A stretch of 64,000 nucleotides of DNA, taken from contig NZ_CAXREH010000155.1 in the NCBI RefSeq assembly GCF_964229375.1, positions 384 through 64,383 on the forward strand. Reading direction: 5' to 3'. This DNA comes from Cognatishimia sp. GTDB taxonomy: Bacteria > Pseudomonadota > Alphaproteobacteria > Rhodobacterales > Rhodobacteraceae. The notes under the pieces are model-generated. The model was not told the DNA's origin and did not search any database. It was given only the letters and a program-made list of their open reading frames with translations. Positions 9,687-19,186 of this stretch are shown here, piece after piece. Position 1 is the first letter of the stretch, and the number at the start of each line of letters is the position of its first letter. The position numbers and the translations under genes are program-made.

Positions 9687-10943
9687 CTAGAGACCAAAGT
9701 CTGAATAAGACACGAACTTCACAGGAGTTCCCGGCGTGATCTCTTGCGCCGCGTCAGACAGCTCGACCAGCCCTTCGGCCCAGCTGAGACCCGAAATCCT
9801 GCCCGACCCTTCCGAGGCAAAGACCTCGACGGCGCCATTTCTGACACGTGCGCGCAGATACTCACGACGCCCAGCCTTTTTGGATTTGTGAAAGGCCGCA
9901 GGCAGCATGGTGCCTGCGGGCAGCGCCCAGCTTTGACCCGCCAGAACACGCATCACGGGGCGTGCAAACACCAAGGTGCAGACCATCGCCGCCACCGGGT
10001 TGCCCGGCAGTCCGAACACAGGCGTGCCATCCCACATTCCCAGCGCCAAAGGACGCCCCGGTTTGATCGCAATCCGCCAGAGCGCCATTGTACCCGTTTC
10101 ATTCAACAGCGCGGACATGTGGTCTTCGTCCCCCGCCGAGGCCCCGCCCGAGGTTAGAATGACATCCGCCTTGGACGCGGCCTCTTGCAACGCCTGCGTC
10201 AGCAACGCGCGTTGATCTGGAATGCGGCCCATGTCGATTGGCACATAGCCAAGCTGCTGGATGGCCGCCAAAAGCATCGGGCGATTGGCGTCGTAAATCT
10301 GATCTGGGGAGGCAGCCGATCCGACTTCTGCCAGCTCATCTCCGGTCGAGATCACCGCAACCCGCAAGGGTTTGCGAACAGACACCTCGGACACGCCCGT
10401 CGCGGCAAGCAAACCCAGGTCCGCAGGCGTCAAGCGATGCCCAGATGGGAAAAGCGCTGTGCCCTCTGACACGTCCTCACCCCGTTTGCGTGCATTGGAT
10501 CCGGTCTTTAAAGGCCCGTGAAAGGCGACCTTGCCGTCCTGCAGGCTGACGTCTTCTTGCAAGATAACCGTGTCAGTCCCGTCAGGCAGGTTCGCGCCCG
10601 TCAGCACCCGAACCGCATGTGTGTCAGGCACGCGCCCCGCAAACGGTTGCCCCGCGGCAGACCGGCCCGTCACCAGAGGAACCTCGTGGACGCCCTCGCC
10701 AAAGGCAGCCCCGGTCAGTGCATATCCGTCCACCGCACAATTGGCATGAGGCGGATGCGCCCGCGCCGCTGTGACCGGAGCGGCTAGAACCCGCCCCAAG
10801 GCCGCCATAGGCGAAATAACTTCCTGTCCAGTCACAGATGTCAGGCGCTCGTTCAGAAGGTCCAAAGCTTCGTCCACGGGCGTCCATTCCACACCGGGCG
10901 GCAGTGCAAAGCAATCGTTCTTCAGCGGCGGCGGCTGGGTCAT
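9687..10943 (-). CDS. moeA: Molybdopterin molybdotransferase
   Basis: AVDGYA, VLTGA, ISTGDEL, TSGGASAGDED, IKPGRP, GLPGNPVA. Confidence 0.95.
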   Translation of the reverse strand: MTQPPPLKNDCFALPPGVEWTPVDEALDLLNERLTSVTGQEVISPMAALGRVLAAPVTAARAHPPHANCAVDGYALTGAAFGEGVHEVPLVTGRSAAGQPFAGRVPDTHAVRVLTGANLPDGTDTVILQEDVSLQDGKVAFHGPLKTGSNARKRGEDVSEGTALFPSGHRLTPADLGLLAATGVSEVSVRKPLRVAVISTGDELAEVGSAASPDQIYDANRPMLLAAIQQLGYVPIDMGRIPDQRALLTQALQEAASKADVILTSGGASAGDEDHMSALLNETGTMALWRIAIKPGRPLALGMWDGTPVFGLPGNPVAAMVCTLVFARPVMRVLAGQSWALPAGTMLPAAFHKSKKAGRREYLRARVRNGAVEVFASEGSGRISGLSWAEGLVELSDAAQEITPGTPVKFVSYSDFGL

Positions 10944-11440
10944 TGGTCAAGCTCCAGATAGCGCGCAATGAAATCGGCGATTGTTGGGATGTTGTTCAGG
11001 TCAAACTGCGGAATATCGCGCTCCAGACGGACCGGCGTATCGGTTGCGATGGCCACCACCGAAGGCGTGTTGGTCGCAATCAGCCCCTGCGCAGTCTCGG
11101 CACGGTGCGCCTCGATCTTTGGGTGGTTTTCGGATTTGAACCCCTCGATCAGCACCAAATCCACAGGCGCCAGACGGGCAATCAGTTGGTCGAGTGACGG
11201 GGGCACATCGCGATGCTCTTTCAAAATCGCATAACGCGCATCCGAGGCCAGAAGAACCTCAGACGCACCGGCCGTCCGGTGCTTGTGCGTATCCGTGCCC
11301 TTGGGATCCAGATCGACAGAATGATGGGTGCGTTTGATGGTAGAAACCGTCAGCCCACGCGAGGTGAATTCGGCCACCAACCGCTGAGTCAATGTGGTTT
11401 TGCCCGCGTTCTTCCAGCCGGTGATGCCAAATCGTTTCAT
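10940..11440 (-). CDS. mobB: Molybdopterin-guanine dinucleotide biosynthesis protein B
   Basis: GWKNAGKTTL P-loop, VSTIKRTHH, LVLIEGFK; 4-bp overlaps with both neighbours. Confidence 0.93.
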   Translation of the reverse strand: MKRFGITGWKNAGKTTLTQRLVAEFTSRGLTVSTIKRTHHSVDLDPKGTDTHKHRTAGASEVLLASDARYAILKEHRDVPPSLDQLIARLAPVDLVLIEGFKSENHPKIEAHRAETAQGLIATNTPSVVAIATDTPVRLERDIPQFDLNNIPTIADFIARYLELDQ

Positions 11441-12051
11441 GGCATATCCTCATAGATCGCGCGCGCGACCTCAAGATCCTGTGGCGTGTTCACGTTGAAA
11501 AATGGGTCAAAACCAGCGGTCTCAAACTCGGCCGTGGCCGCGCCATGCTGATCGGTCCAAAGCACCACTTTGCGCAAGCCATCCGTCAGCGCGCGGCGCA
11601 GATCTTCGCGCAATGCAACGGGCCAAAGCCCGAAGGTGGGTTGCCGCCAGAGCTTGCCATTCTCATCGCGACTTGCAGCCAAAGCCAGAGGCATATCCCC
11701 CGAAGCCGCCTGAAGCTCGGCCACCAGGTTTTGGGGATAGAAAGGCGTATCTGCTGCGACGCTGACAATGCTGTCCGCGCCCTGTTCCGCCGCCCAGTCC
11801 AATCCGGCCAAAACGCCGGCCAACGGCCCGGGCAGACCCGCCAGATTGTCAGGCAGAACCGTCAGACCCAAATCATCAAACCGCGCCCGTTCGCCATTGG
11901 CATTCAGGGCAATCGCATCAACCTGCGGGCGCAGGCGATCAATGACCAAGTCCAACAGGCTATTGTCGTCCAGCAAAAGACGGCCCTTATCGCCACCCCC
12001 CATGCGACTGGCACGCCCACCCGCCAGAATGACACCCAAGGGCGCGGTCAC
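11437..12051 (-). CDS. mobA: Molybdenum cofactor guanylyltransferase
   Basis: ILAGGRASRMGGGDK, GPLAG, AADTPF, FFNVNTPQD. Confidence 0.95.
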   Translation of the reverse strand: MTAPLGVILAGGRASRMGGGDKGRLLLDDNSLLDLVIDRLRPQVDAIALNANGERARFDDLGLTVLPDNLAGLPGPLAGVLAGLDWAAEQGADSIVSVAADTPFYPQNLVAELQAASGDMPLALAASRDENGKLWRQPTFGLWPVALREDLRRALTDGLRKVVLWTDQHGAATAEFETAGFDPFFNVNTPQDLEVARAIYEDMP

Positions 12052-12935
12052 GACACAGCGCCTTTGCGACGGCTGGAATTCGGATCATCAGCAATGGTTG
12101 ACGGGTCCGCATCATAGATCAACCGATCCTCGCCAGACAGACACATGAACCGCGCGCCCCGCAGGCGTCCAATCAAGGTCAGGCCCACCTGCCGCGCAAT
12201 CTCGACACCCCAAGCGGTGAACCCAGACCGGCTGGCCAACGCGGGAATGCCCATCAGGGCACATTTGATCACCATCTCCGAGGTCAGCCGCCCGGTTGTG
12301 TAAAGCACTTTGTTGTCAGGCGACGCGCCCGTTTCATACATCCAGCCCGCGATCTTATCGACCGCGTTGTGGCGCCCGACGTCCTCCATGTAAACCAGCG
12401 GCCTGTCACCTTCGCACAGGACAGTGCCGTGGATCGCCCCTGTCGAAAGATAAAGCGACGGTGTGCGGTTGATAATCGACGACAGCCTGTACAGATCCTG
12501 CGTCCGGATGCTGAGCGCGGGCAAGGTCAGATCCTCAAGCCCCTCCATCATGTCGCCAAAAACAGTCCCCACGGCGCAGCCACTGGTGCGGGTCTTCTTT
12601 TTCAGTTTGTCTTCGTGGCTGGTCTCTTGCTCGGTCCGGACCACGACGGTTTCAAGCTCTTCGTCAAATTGCACGGCTGTGACGCGGTCTGCGTCCGACA
12701 GCATCCGTTGATTGCGCAGAAAACCCAGCGCCAAATACTCAGGGTAGTCGCCAATGGTCATCGCCGTTACGATTTCCTGACTGTTCAGGTAAATCGTCAG
12801 GGGCCGCTCTTCGATGACGCCTGTGTCCAGAGGCTGGCCCGTGTGATCCACCCCCGTGACGGCCCGCGACAGCCCGACCCCCTCGGGGTTGGGTGCGATA
12901 AGATACGTGTGGTCACTTGATTTTGCCAATTGCAA
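12048..12935 (-). CDS. fdhD: Formate dehydrogenase accessory sulfurtransferase
   Basis: TSGCAVGT, TGAIHG, EDVGRHNAVDK, TGRLTSEMV; TTG start uncertain. Confidence 0.93.
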   Translation of the reverse strand: MQLAKSSDHTYLIAPNPEGVGLSRAVTGVDHTGQPLDTGVIEERPLTIYLNSQEIVTAMTIGDYPEYLALGFLRNQRMLSDADRVTAVQFDEELETVVVRTEQETSHEDKLKKKTRTSGCAVGTVFGDMMEGLEDLTLPALSIRTQDLYRLSSIINRTPSLYLSTGAIHGTVLCEGDRPLVYMEDVGRHNAVDKIAGWMYETGASPDNKVLYTTGRLTSEMVIKCALMGIPALASRSGFTAWGVEIARQVGLTLIGRLRGARFMCLSGEDRLIYDADPSTIADDPNSSRRKGAVS

Positions 12936-12987
12936 GACTCACTGGGCAAGATTAGGCGTTATGCGTTGGTAAAGTTAGGCAATTTGT

Positions 12988-13701
12988 ATGAGTACGACCA
13001 CCACGAAATCGTCATTTTGGCAAGGCTTCCGCGACGGGTTGCCTTTTATTCTGGTGATCGCACCCTTCTCGGCCCTTTTTGGCGTTGTCGCGACCGAGGC
13101 CGGATTGAACGTCATCGAAGTGTTGCTGTTTTCCGTTGTCGTGATCGCAGGTGCTGCACAGTTTACCGCGATCCAGTTGATGATGGACAACACACCGACA
13201 GTGATCGTGATCGCATCCGCCCTCGCGGTAAACCTGCGTATGGCGATTTATTCAGCCTCGCTGGCGCCCTATCTGCGAGAGGCCAAAACCTGGCAAAGGG
13301 CCCTCGTCGCCTATGGCACGGTCGATCAAAGCTATGCGCTTTCTGCCGCAAAATATGAGGCAGAGCCGGATATGACCACGCGCCAAAGGCTCGCCTATTT
13401 CTCGGGATGTCTGGTTCCGGTGCTGCCGCTTTGGTACGGGTTCACGGTGGTCGGCGCCTTGGGCGGCAAGGCCGTGCCAGATGCCCTTGCGCTGGATTTT
13501 GCAGTGCCGCTGACGTTTTTGGCGATGATCGGCCCGATGCTGCGGACCCTGCCACATGTGACGGCCGCGCTTGTGTCGATCGCAGCCGCCCTTGGTTTTG
13601 CCTGGGTTCCGTTCAACCTTGGCCTCTTGATCGCCGCATTCCTCGCTATGGTCATGGCGGTACAGTGCGAATCCTGGCTCGAGCGGAGACAAAAAACATG
13701 A
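12988..13701 (+). CDS. azlC: AzlC family branched-chain amino acid exporter subunit
   Basis: AGAAQF, VNLRMAIYSASL, VDQSYA, LDFAVPLTF. Confidence 0.9.
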   Translation: MSTTTTKSSFWQGFRDGLPFILVIAPFSALFGVVATEAGLNVIEVLLFSVVVIAGAAQFTAIQLMMDNTPTVIVIASALAVNLRMAIYSASLAPYLREAKTWQRALVAYGTVDQSYALSAAKYEAEPDMTTRQRLAYFSGCLVPVLPLWYGFTVVGALGGKAVPDALALDFAVPLTFLAMIGPMLRTLPHVTAALVSIAAALGFAWVPFNLGLLIAAFLAMVMAVQCESWLERRQKT

Positions 13702-14024
13702 GCGAACATCCAGATCTTTGGCTGATAATTGTCGCGCTTGGTCTCGGCAGTTTTGGACTGCGGTTCATGTTCACTGGCCTGTTGGGCAATTGGGCGATGC
13801 CCACCATTATCCTGCGCCACCTAAGATATGCGGCGGTCGCGGTTTTGCCCGGTCTGGTCGCCCCATTGGTTCTGTGGCCCAGCGCAACCGACGGCCAGAT
13901 CGACCCCGCGCGTCTCACAGCAGCCGTGGTCACCCTTGCCGTCGCGATGATCTTTAAACGCGTGTTGCTGGGCATCCTGACAGGTGCAGGAACGCTGTTT
14001 CTGATTTTATATTTGGTGGCTTAG
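13698..14024 (+). CDS. azlD: AzlD family membrane protein
   Basis: ATGA overlap with azlC; MSEHPDLWLII...SFGLRF...LRYAAVAVLPGLVAP. Confidence 0.88.
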   Translation: MSEHPDLWLIIVALGLGSFGLRFMFTGLLGNWAMPTIILRHLRYAAVAVLPGLVAPLVLWPSATDGQIDPARLTAAVVTLAVAMIFKRVLLGILTGAGTLFLILYLVA

Positions 14025-14638
14025 CGCTCGTATTCAGGAACGAAGGCGGCCAATACGCCGGTTTTGTCGTCGCTGTCATACTCATAAAGACGCTCAAAGG
14101 TCGCGCCTTTTTCGGTGAAGTAATCCATCAGCTTGCGTGGATAAAACGACTGTGGCGTGTCTTCGAAACCTGGCAATTGCCCGATCAACGCAGATGTGGA
14201 TTTCGCACAGTAGGATTGCTGAACGGCAGGGTGGCTGACTGCCAATTGCAACGCCATTTCAGCAACTTCTGGTGACACGACCAGTTCCTGAATCACCACG
14301 TGATAGGTCTCACGAGCGTGAAAGCGTGTGTATTGGTCCACCAGATAAGGCGTCATGCCATAAACGGTGTCATTGCGCGACACGATCTCGGGATGACGGA
14401 AAGAGCCCGCCGGATCAAAGGCAACCCGCTGGCTGCCGTTGATCAAAAGTGAGGTATGCGCGCCCGCGCCAGAGCGGTTTGACAGCATCGTATAGAGCGT
14501 CAGTTTCGGGGCGCCACCATGGGCATAGCTTGCGCGCTGCACCTCTTCCAGACTCGCCCCGCCTTTGTTGGGCACCGTACATGCGGTGAGCAGCAAGGGG
14601 AAAACCAGAAGAATAAGGGCTTTGAAGACGCGCGCCAT
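14021..14638 (-). CDS. Conserved lipoprotein of unknown function
   Basis: Lipobox LLTAC after a hydrophobic signal; GGAG RBS. Confidence 0.8.
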   Translation of the reverse strand: MARVFKALILLVFPLLLTACTVPNKGGASLEEVQRASYAHGGAPKLTLYTMLSNRSGAGAHTSLLINGSQRVAFDPAGSFRHPEIVSRNDTVYGMTPYLVDQYTRFHARETYHVVIQELVVSPEVAEMALQLAVSHPAVQQSYCAKSTSALIGQLPGFEDTPQSFYPRKLMDYFTEKGATFERLYEYDSDDKTGVLAAFVPEYER

Positions 14639-14660
14639 GCCAATTACTCCTGAAACGGGA

Positions 14661-14795
14661 TTAGCCGTTTACGATCGCGAGGAAAATCAGAACCGCAACG
14701 GAAACTGCTGCAACCCAAGTCGAGCCTTTGATGAAGCCAGCGAAAGCCTTTTCCTGCACTTCGATGTTCATCGAGCCATGTTCATGTTCAGCCAT
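14661..14795 (-). CDS. ctaH: aa3-type cytochrome c oxidase subunit IV
   Basis: Not in the ORF track. 44 aa MAEHEHGSMNIEVQEKAFAGFIKGSTWVAAVSVAVLIFLAIVNG; HGxMDI..QE..F..F plus one TM helix; AAGGA RBS. Confidence 0.9.
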   Translation of the reverse strand: MAEHEHGSMNIEVQEKAFAGFIKGSTWVAAVSVAVLIFLAIVNG

Positions 14796-14891
14796 GAGAG
14801 ATGTCCTTAGTATCTAGAGTTACTTGGTGGATACTGGATTCCCTGCACCCTGTCACCACACCAAAAGCGCTCCGCGGCGAAGAATCGCGGG

Positions 14892-15341
14892 CTAGGTGTT
14901 TTTCTGCAAGTCTTGGGCCAGACGGAAGCCGATGCGATTTGGCTCTGGCAGCTCTTTTGGCTTTGGCAGCGCTCGAAGCATGACGTTCAGCTGGCTGACG
15001 TGCTGTACCAGCTGAGTTTTGGCACCAGCGTCATCCGTTCCATAAAACGTCACGATGTCCGGATCGAAAAACCCCATGCCTTCGATGCGCAGTACCCCGA
15101 CGTCGCCGCCGGCAAACCCCATGGCAACCTCATGTTCGTTATCGAGCTGCTTTTCAAAGTTCTGAATATACAGGATCAATCGTTCATAGGCCCATGCCGC
15201 GGCGCTTTTCTGCGCCATCGGCTTTTCGGCAATCATATCTGGGAAATCGGTTTCGGCGTCCGGGTTCGAGTGGGCTTCGTAATGCTTGGGCAGTGCCTCG
15301 GCCTCGAGCGCCTCGGCAGAGGTCTTGATCTGGTCACTCAT
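14892..15341 (-). CDS. Conserved hypothetical protein (DUF6173-like)
   Basis: AYERL..YIQNFEKQLD.EHEV, GFFDPDIVTFYG, QLVQHVSQLNV, NRIGF; AAAGGA RBS. Confidence 0.8.
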   Translation of the reverse strand: MSDQIKTSAEALEAEALPKHYEAHSNPDAETDFPDMIAEKPMAQKSAAAWAYERLILYIQNFEKQLDNEHEVAMGFAGGDVGVLRIEGMGFFDPDIVTFYGTDDAGAKTQLVQHVSQLNVMLRALPKPKELPEPNRIGFRLAQDLQKNT

Positions 15342-15363
15342 CAGGGGTCGTCCTTTAACCTAC

Positions 15364-16401
15364 TTAAATAGCCTGCCAGACCCATGCACCATCATCACGC
15401 CGCGTGCGGCTGGCTTGGCCACTTTGATACAGGTGACTGAGATGAGCAAATGCTTCTACCAAGGCAAGGCCATATTCCGCAGGCCCGATCGAGCGTTTGA
15501 ACAGAACCGGAAAGCACGCGCCGGCAACTTTAGGCGTCGCGATGTATTCGTGCAGACGTTTCAGAGCACCGTGGTGGTTGTCAATCAACTGCTGCATCCG
15601 CAGCGGCAACCCTGTGAAGGGCGTTTTATGCCCGCCCAGAACCAGATGATCCTCGCGTGCGTATTGGCTCAGCCGTTCGCAGGCCTCCATCCAGTCGCCC
15701 ACTGGGTCTGCTTCGGGTTCGGTCGCATAGACACCAATGTTTGAGCTGATGGACGGCAAAATCTGGTCTCCCGAGAGCACAAGATTGTCGTCGCGACTCC
15801 AGAAGGTGGCGTGTTCCGGCGCGTGACCGTTGCCGATGCGCACGTCCCAGTCGCGACCGCCAATGCGCACGACATCGCCTTCTTTGATGCGGTGAAAGCC
15901 CAGCGGCATGGGATAGACCACATCCGCGAAATTGAAAGGCCGCTCTGTCCGTCGGGTTTCAAGGATTTCGGGATCCATTCCAGCGGACTGATAGAACGCG
16001 AGCGTTTCCTGCGAGGGCACCGGCTGTTCATCGAGCTGCAGCATCCGCGAAAACAGCCATGCAGTGCGCGTGGTCCAAAGCGTGGCGCCGTGTTCGGACT
16101 GAAACCATCCGGCAAGACCCACGTGGTCGGGATGGTGGTGGGTGACAATCACCCGAGACACAGGCTTTCCGGCCAGTGGCCCGGACAACAGCTTTTCCCA
16201 GATCGCACGCGTGCGTTTGGACGAGAACCCGGTATCGACGATGGTCCAGCTGTCGCCATCATCAAGCGCATAGGCATTCACATGGTCCAACGCCATCGGC
16301 AACGGCAGGCGGATCCAGTGGACCCCTTCTGCTACTTCGATTGTTTCGCCTTCAGCGGGCGGCTCCGCCCACGGATACCGTAGTCCGCTGTGTGCGTTCA
16401 T
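15364..16401 (-). CDS. MBL-fold metallo-hydrolase
   Basis: THHHPDHVG (HxHxDH), GHAPEH, SGDQILP, GGHK. Confidence 0.92.
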   Translation of the reverse strand: MNAHSGLRYPWAEPPAEGETIEVAEGVHWIRLPLPMALDHVNAYALDDGDSWTIVDTGFSSKRTRAIWEKLLSGPLAGKPVSRVIVTHHHPDHVGLAGWFQSEHGATLWTTRTAWLFSRMLQLDEQPVPSQETLAFYQSAGMDPEILETRRTERPFNFADVVYPMPLGFHRIKEGDVVRIGGRDWDVRIGNGHAPEHATFWSRDDNLVLSGDQILPSISSNIGVYATEPEADPVGDWMEACERLSQYAREDHLVLGGHKTPFTGLPLRMQQLIDNHHGALKRLHEYIATPKVAGACFPVLFKRSIGPAEYGLALVEAFAHLSHLYQSGQASRTRRDDGAWVWQAI

Positions 16402-18116
16402 GACGCCAGATCTTCCTCACTAAGCGCGTAGAGATCTGCGGCTCCTGCCATCGCATGGGTAAACAGACCCGCGTGTTCCGGCAGCAAGCGTTTGATATAA
16501 AAGCGCGCCAATTTCGTTCGAGGTCCATCGGTAGCCTCGGCCACCGCTGCCTTCAAGTGATAATGCGCACCCAAAACCCGGGCAAACCCGCGCAGGAACG
16601 GCACCGCGCCCGCGAACCGTTCGTTCAGCGCGCCTTGGCTAACCATCCATTCGGTCGCCTCGCGCAGCGTTTCCGATGCCTGCCAGACCGGTTCGGCCAG
16701 TTCCGGATGATCGCCCTTGATGCCTTCGGCGAAACTTTCGATGTCGTCGACCAGTTTATAAGCCGCATCGCCGCCATCCATCAGTTTGCGCGCCACCAGA
16801 TCCATCGACTGAATCCCGTTGGTGCCTTCGTAGATCGCAGTCACCCGCACGTCGCGCGCATATTGCGCCGCGCCGGTTTCCTCGATGAAACCCATGCCGC
16901 CGTGAACCTGAATGCCCATATTGGCCACGTCGATACCCACATCAGTTCCAAAGGCTTTGGCAATTGGGGTCAAAAACGCCGCACGGGCGCGCCAGTCTTT
17001 CTCACCGGTTGCGTGGCCCATGTCGATAGACAGAGCACAATCCGCAGCGATGGCGCGGCTGGCAAAAATATCTGCCTTCATCGAGGTCAACATGCGCCGC
17101 ACATCCGCATGATCCACAATAGCGCCAGAGCCATTTTCAATCGGGCTGCGACCTTGTTTACGGTCCATCGCATAGGCCAGCGCGTGCTGATACGCGCCCT
17201 CTGCGGCCCCGATGCCCTGCGCGCCGACGCCGAGGCGGGCATTGTTCATCATGGTGAACATGCATTTCATGCCGTCATGTTCATCACCGACAAGCCAGCC
17301 TGTGGCCCCGTCAAACTGCATCACCGCAGTCGGAGACCCGTGCAAACCCATCTTATGTTCCAGGCTGACCACCTTCAGGCTGTTGGCCACGCCCGGCGCA
17401 CCGTCGGCGTCGGGAATATGGCGCGGCACCAGAAACAGGCTGATACCTTTTGTGCCCGGACCACCGTCGGGCAGGCGGGCCAACACAAGATGCACCACGT
17501 TCTCGGTGAAATCATTGTCAGCCCAGCTGATATAGATCTTTTGCCCCGTCACAGAATAAGTGCCGTCACCGTTTGGTTCGGCTTTGGACGCAAGCGCACC
17601 GACGTCAGAACCGGCTTGCGGTTCGGTCAGGTTCATTGTGCCGCACCACTCGCCGGACACCAGCTTGGGCAAGTAAATCGCTTTCAACGCGTCGCTTGCG
17701 TGCGCTTCTAACGCCTCGACCTGGCCTTGTGTCATCAGGGGATTAAGCTGCAAAGACAGGCAGGCCCCCGCCATCATCTCATTGACCGCATGCGTCACAG
17801 TCAACGGCAAGCCCATACCGCCGAACTCGGGGTTCGCAGAGCTGGACACCCAGCCCCCTTCGGCAATGGCTTTATAGGCTTCAGCAAACCCCGGCGAGGT
17901 CCGCACCTTGCCGTTTTCCAGATAGGCTGGCGTCAGATCGCCGTTGCGCTGGACCGGCGCCATAATGTCATCGCACATGCGGCCCGCTTCGGTCAGAACC
18001 GCCGAAACCGTGTCTGCATCCGCCTCGGCGAATTTATCCGTCCCCGAGACCTGCGTCAGTGGGACAACATTCTCAAAGATGTATTCATAGTCGGCAACAG
18101 GGGAGCGATACGGCAT
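16398..18116 (-). CDS. Acyl-CoA dehydrogenase (long type, DmdC-like)
   Basis: GTMNLTEPQAGSD, GQKIYIS, EHKMGLHGSPT, MMNNARL, QVHGGMGF, IYEGTNGIQ; start set at ATG 18116 (MPYRSP). Confidence 0.92.
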   Translation of the reverse strand: MPYRSPVADYEYIFENVVPLTQVSGTDKFAEADADTVSAVLTEAGRMCDDIMAPVQRNGDLTPAYLENGKVRTSPGFAEAYKAIAEGGWVSSSANPEFGGMGLPLTVTHAVNEMMAGACLSLQLNPLMTQGQVEALEAHASDALKAIYLPKLVSGEWCGTMNLTEPQAGSDVGALASKAEPNGDGTYSVTGQKIYISWADNDFTENVVHLVLARLPDGGPGTKGISLFLVPRHIPDADGAPGVANSLKVVSLEHKMGLHGSPTAVMQFDGATGWLVGDEHDGMKCMFTMMNNARLGVGAQGIGAAEGAYQHALAYAMDRKQGRSPIENGSGAIVDHADVRRMLTSMKADIFASRAIAADCALSIDMGHATGEKDWRARAAFLTPIAKAFGTDVGIDVANMGIQVHGGMGFIEETGAAQYARDVRVTAIYEGTNGIQSMDLVARKLMDGGDAAYKLVDDIESFAEGIKGDHPELAEPVWQASETLREATEWMVSQGALNERFAGAVPFLRGFARVLGAHYHLKAAVAEATDGPRTKLARFYIKRLLPEHAGLFTHAMAGAADLYALSEEDLAS

Positions 18117-18223
18117 GTGGGTCTCTATTCGGTTGGCTTTCGTCGGCGGTGCTTGTAATGACCTGTGACTCTTAAAATAGAACGGCAACCGGCAACCAGC
18201 CAATAAAACGCGGCGTCAGGAAC

Positions 18224-19186
18224 ATGAGTGACCTTACGAAAATCATGCTTGCAGCAGATGCGGACGGCTTTCGCGCCGCAGCCGATATCTGGGCGTCAGG
18301 CGGGCTTGTCGCGTTTCCAACCGAGACGGTCTATGGTCTGGGTGCTGACGCGCGCTCTGATTTGGCCGTTGCCAAGATTTTTGAGGCCAAGGAACGCCCC
18401 AGCTTTAACCCGCTGATCGTTCACATAGACTCTATTGCCGCGGCGCAAAAACTGGTGGTGTGGTCTGACGCCGCAGAACGGCTGGCCGCCGCATTTTGGC
18501 CCGGCCCCCTGACGCTGGTCCTTCCGATCCAGCCGGATGCGGGCATCTCGCCTTTGGTGACGGCGGGCAAAGACACTTTGGCGGTGCGCATGCCGGCCCA
18601 CCCCATCGCACAGGCGCTTTTAACAGAGTTTAACGGGCCTGTGGCGGCGCCGTCTGCCAATCCGTCGGGCAGGATCAGCCCCACAAATCCAACCCATGTG
18701 GCCGAGGGTCTGGGCACGCGCGTTGACGCAATTTTAGACGGTGGCGCATGTGACGTCGGGGTGGAAAGCACGATTGTCGGGTTGTTTGACACGCCTACGC
18801 TGCTGCGTCCGGGTGGCTTGCCACATGAAGCGCTCGAGGCCGCCTTGGGTGGACCTCTCGCGACACTTGGCGATCACATTTCAACATCTGATCTGACGGC
18901 CCCGGGTCAGTTGGCCTCGCATTATGCACCCGGTGCCGCTGTGAGGCTGAACGCGACAGAGGCCAACGCGGGTGAGGTGATGCTGGGGTTTGGCGACATC
19001 GCGGGCGATTTGACCTTGTCGGCCAGCGGCGATCTGCGCGAGGCGGCGGCGAATTTGTTCCACCACCTGCACGCCTTGGACAAGATGAACGCCAGCGGAA
19101 TTGCCGTTGCCCCAATTCCTGACCACGGATTGGGTCTTGCGATCAACGACCGCCTGACCCGCGCAGCCGCACCGCGCGAAGGCTAG
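18224..19186 (+). CDS. tsaC: L-threonylcarbamoyladenylate synthase (two-domain Sua5 type)
   Basis: FPTETVYGLG, KERPSFNPLIVH, WPGPLT, APSANPSG, GVESTI, PGQLASHYAP plus SUA5 C-domain (AINDRLTRAA). Confidence 0.95.
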   Translation: MSDLTKIMLAADADGFRAAADIWASGGLVAFPTETVYGLGADARSDLAVAKIFEAKERPSFNPLIVHIDSIAAAQKLVVWSDAAERLAAAFWPGPLTLVLPIQPDAGISPLVTAGKDTLAVRMPAHPIAQALLTEFNGPVAAPSANPSGRISPTNPTHVAEGLGTRVDAILDGGACDVGVESTIVGLFDTPTLLRPGGLPHEALEAALGGPLATLGDHISTSDLTAPGQLASHYAPGAAVRLNATEANAGEVMLGFGDIAGDLTLSASGDLREAAANLFHHLHALDKMNASGIAVAPIPDHGLGLAINDRLTRAAAPREG

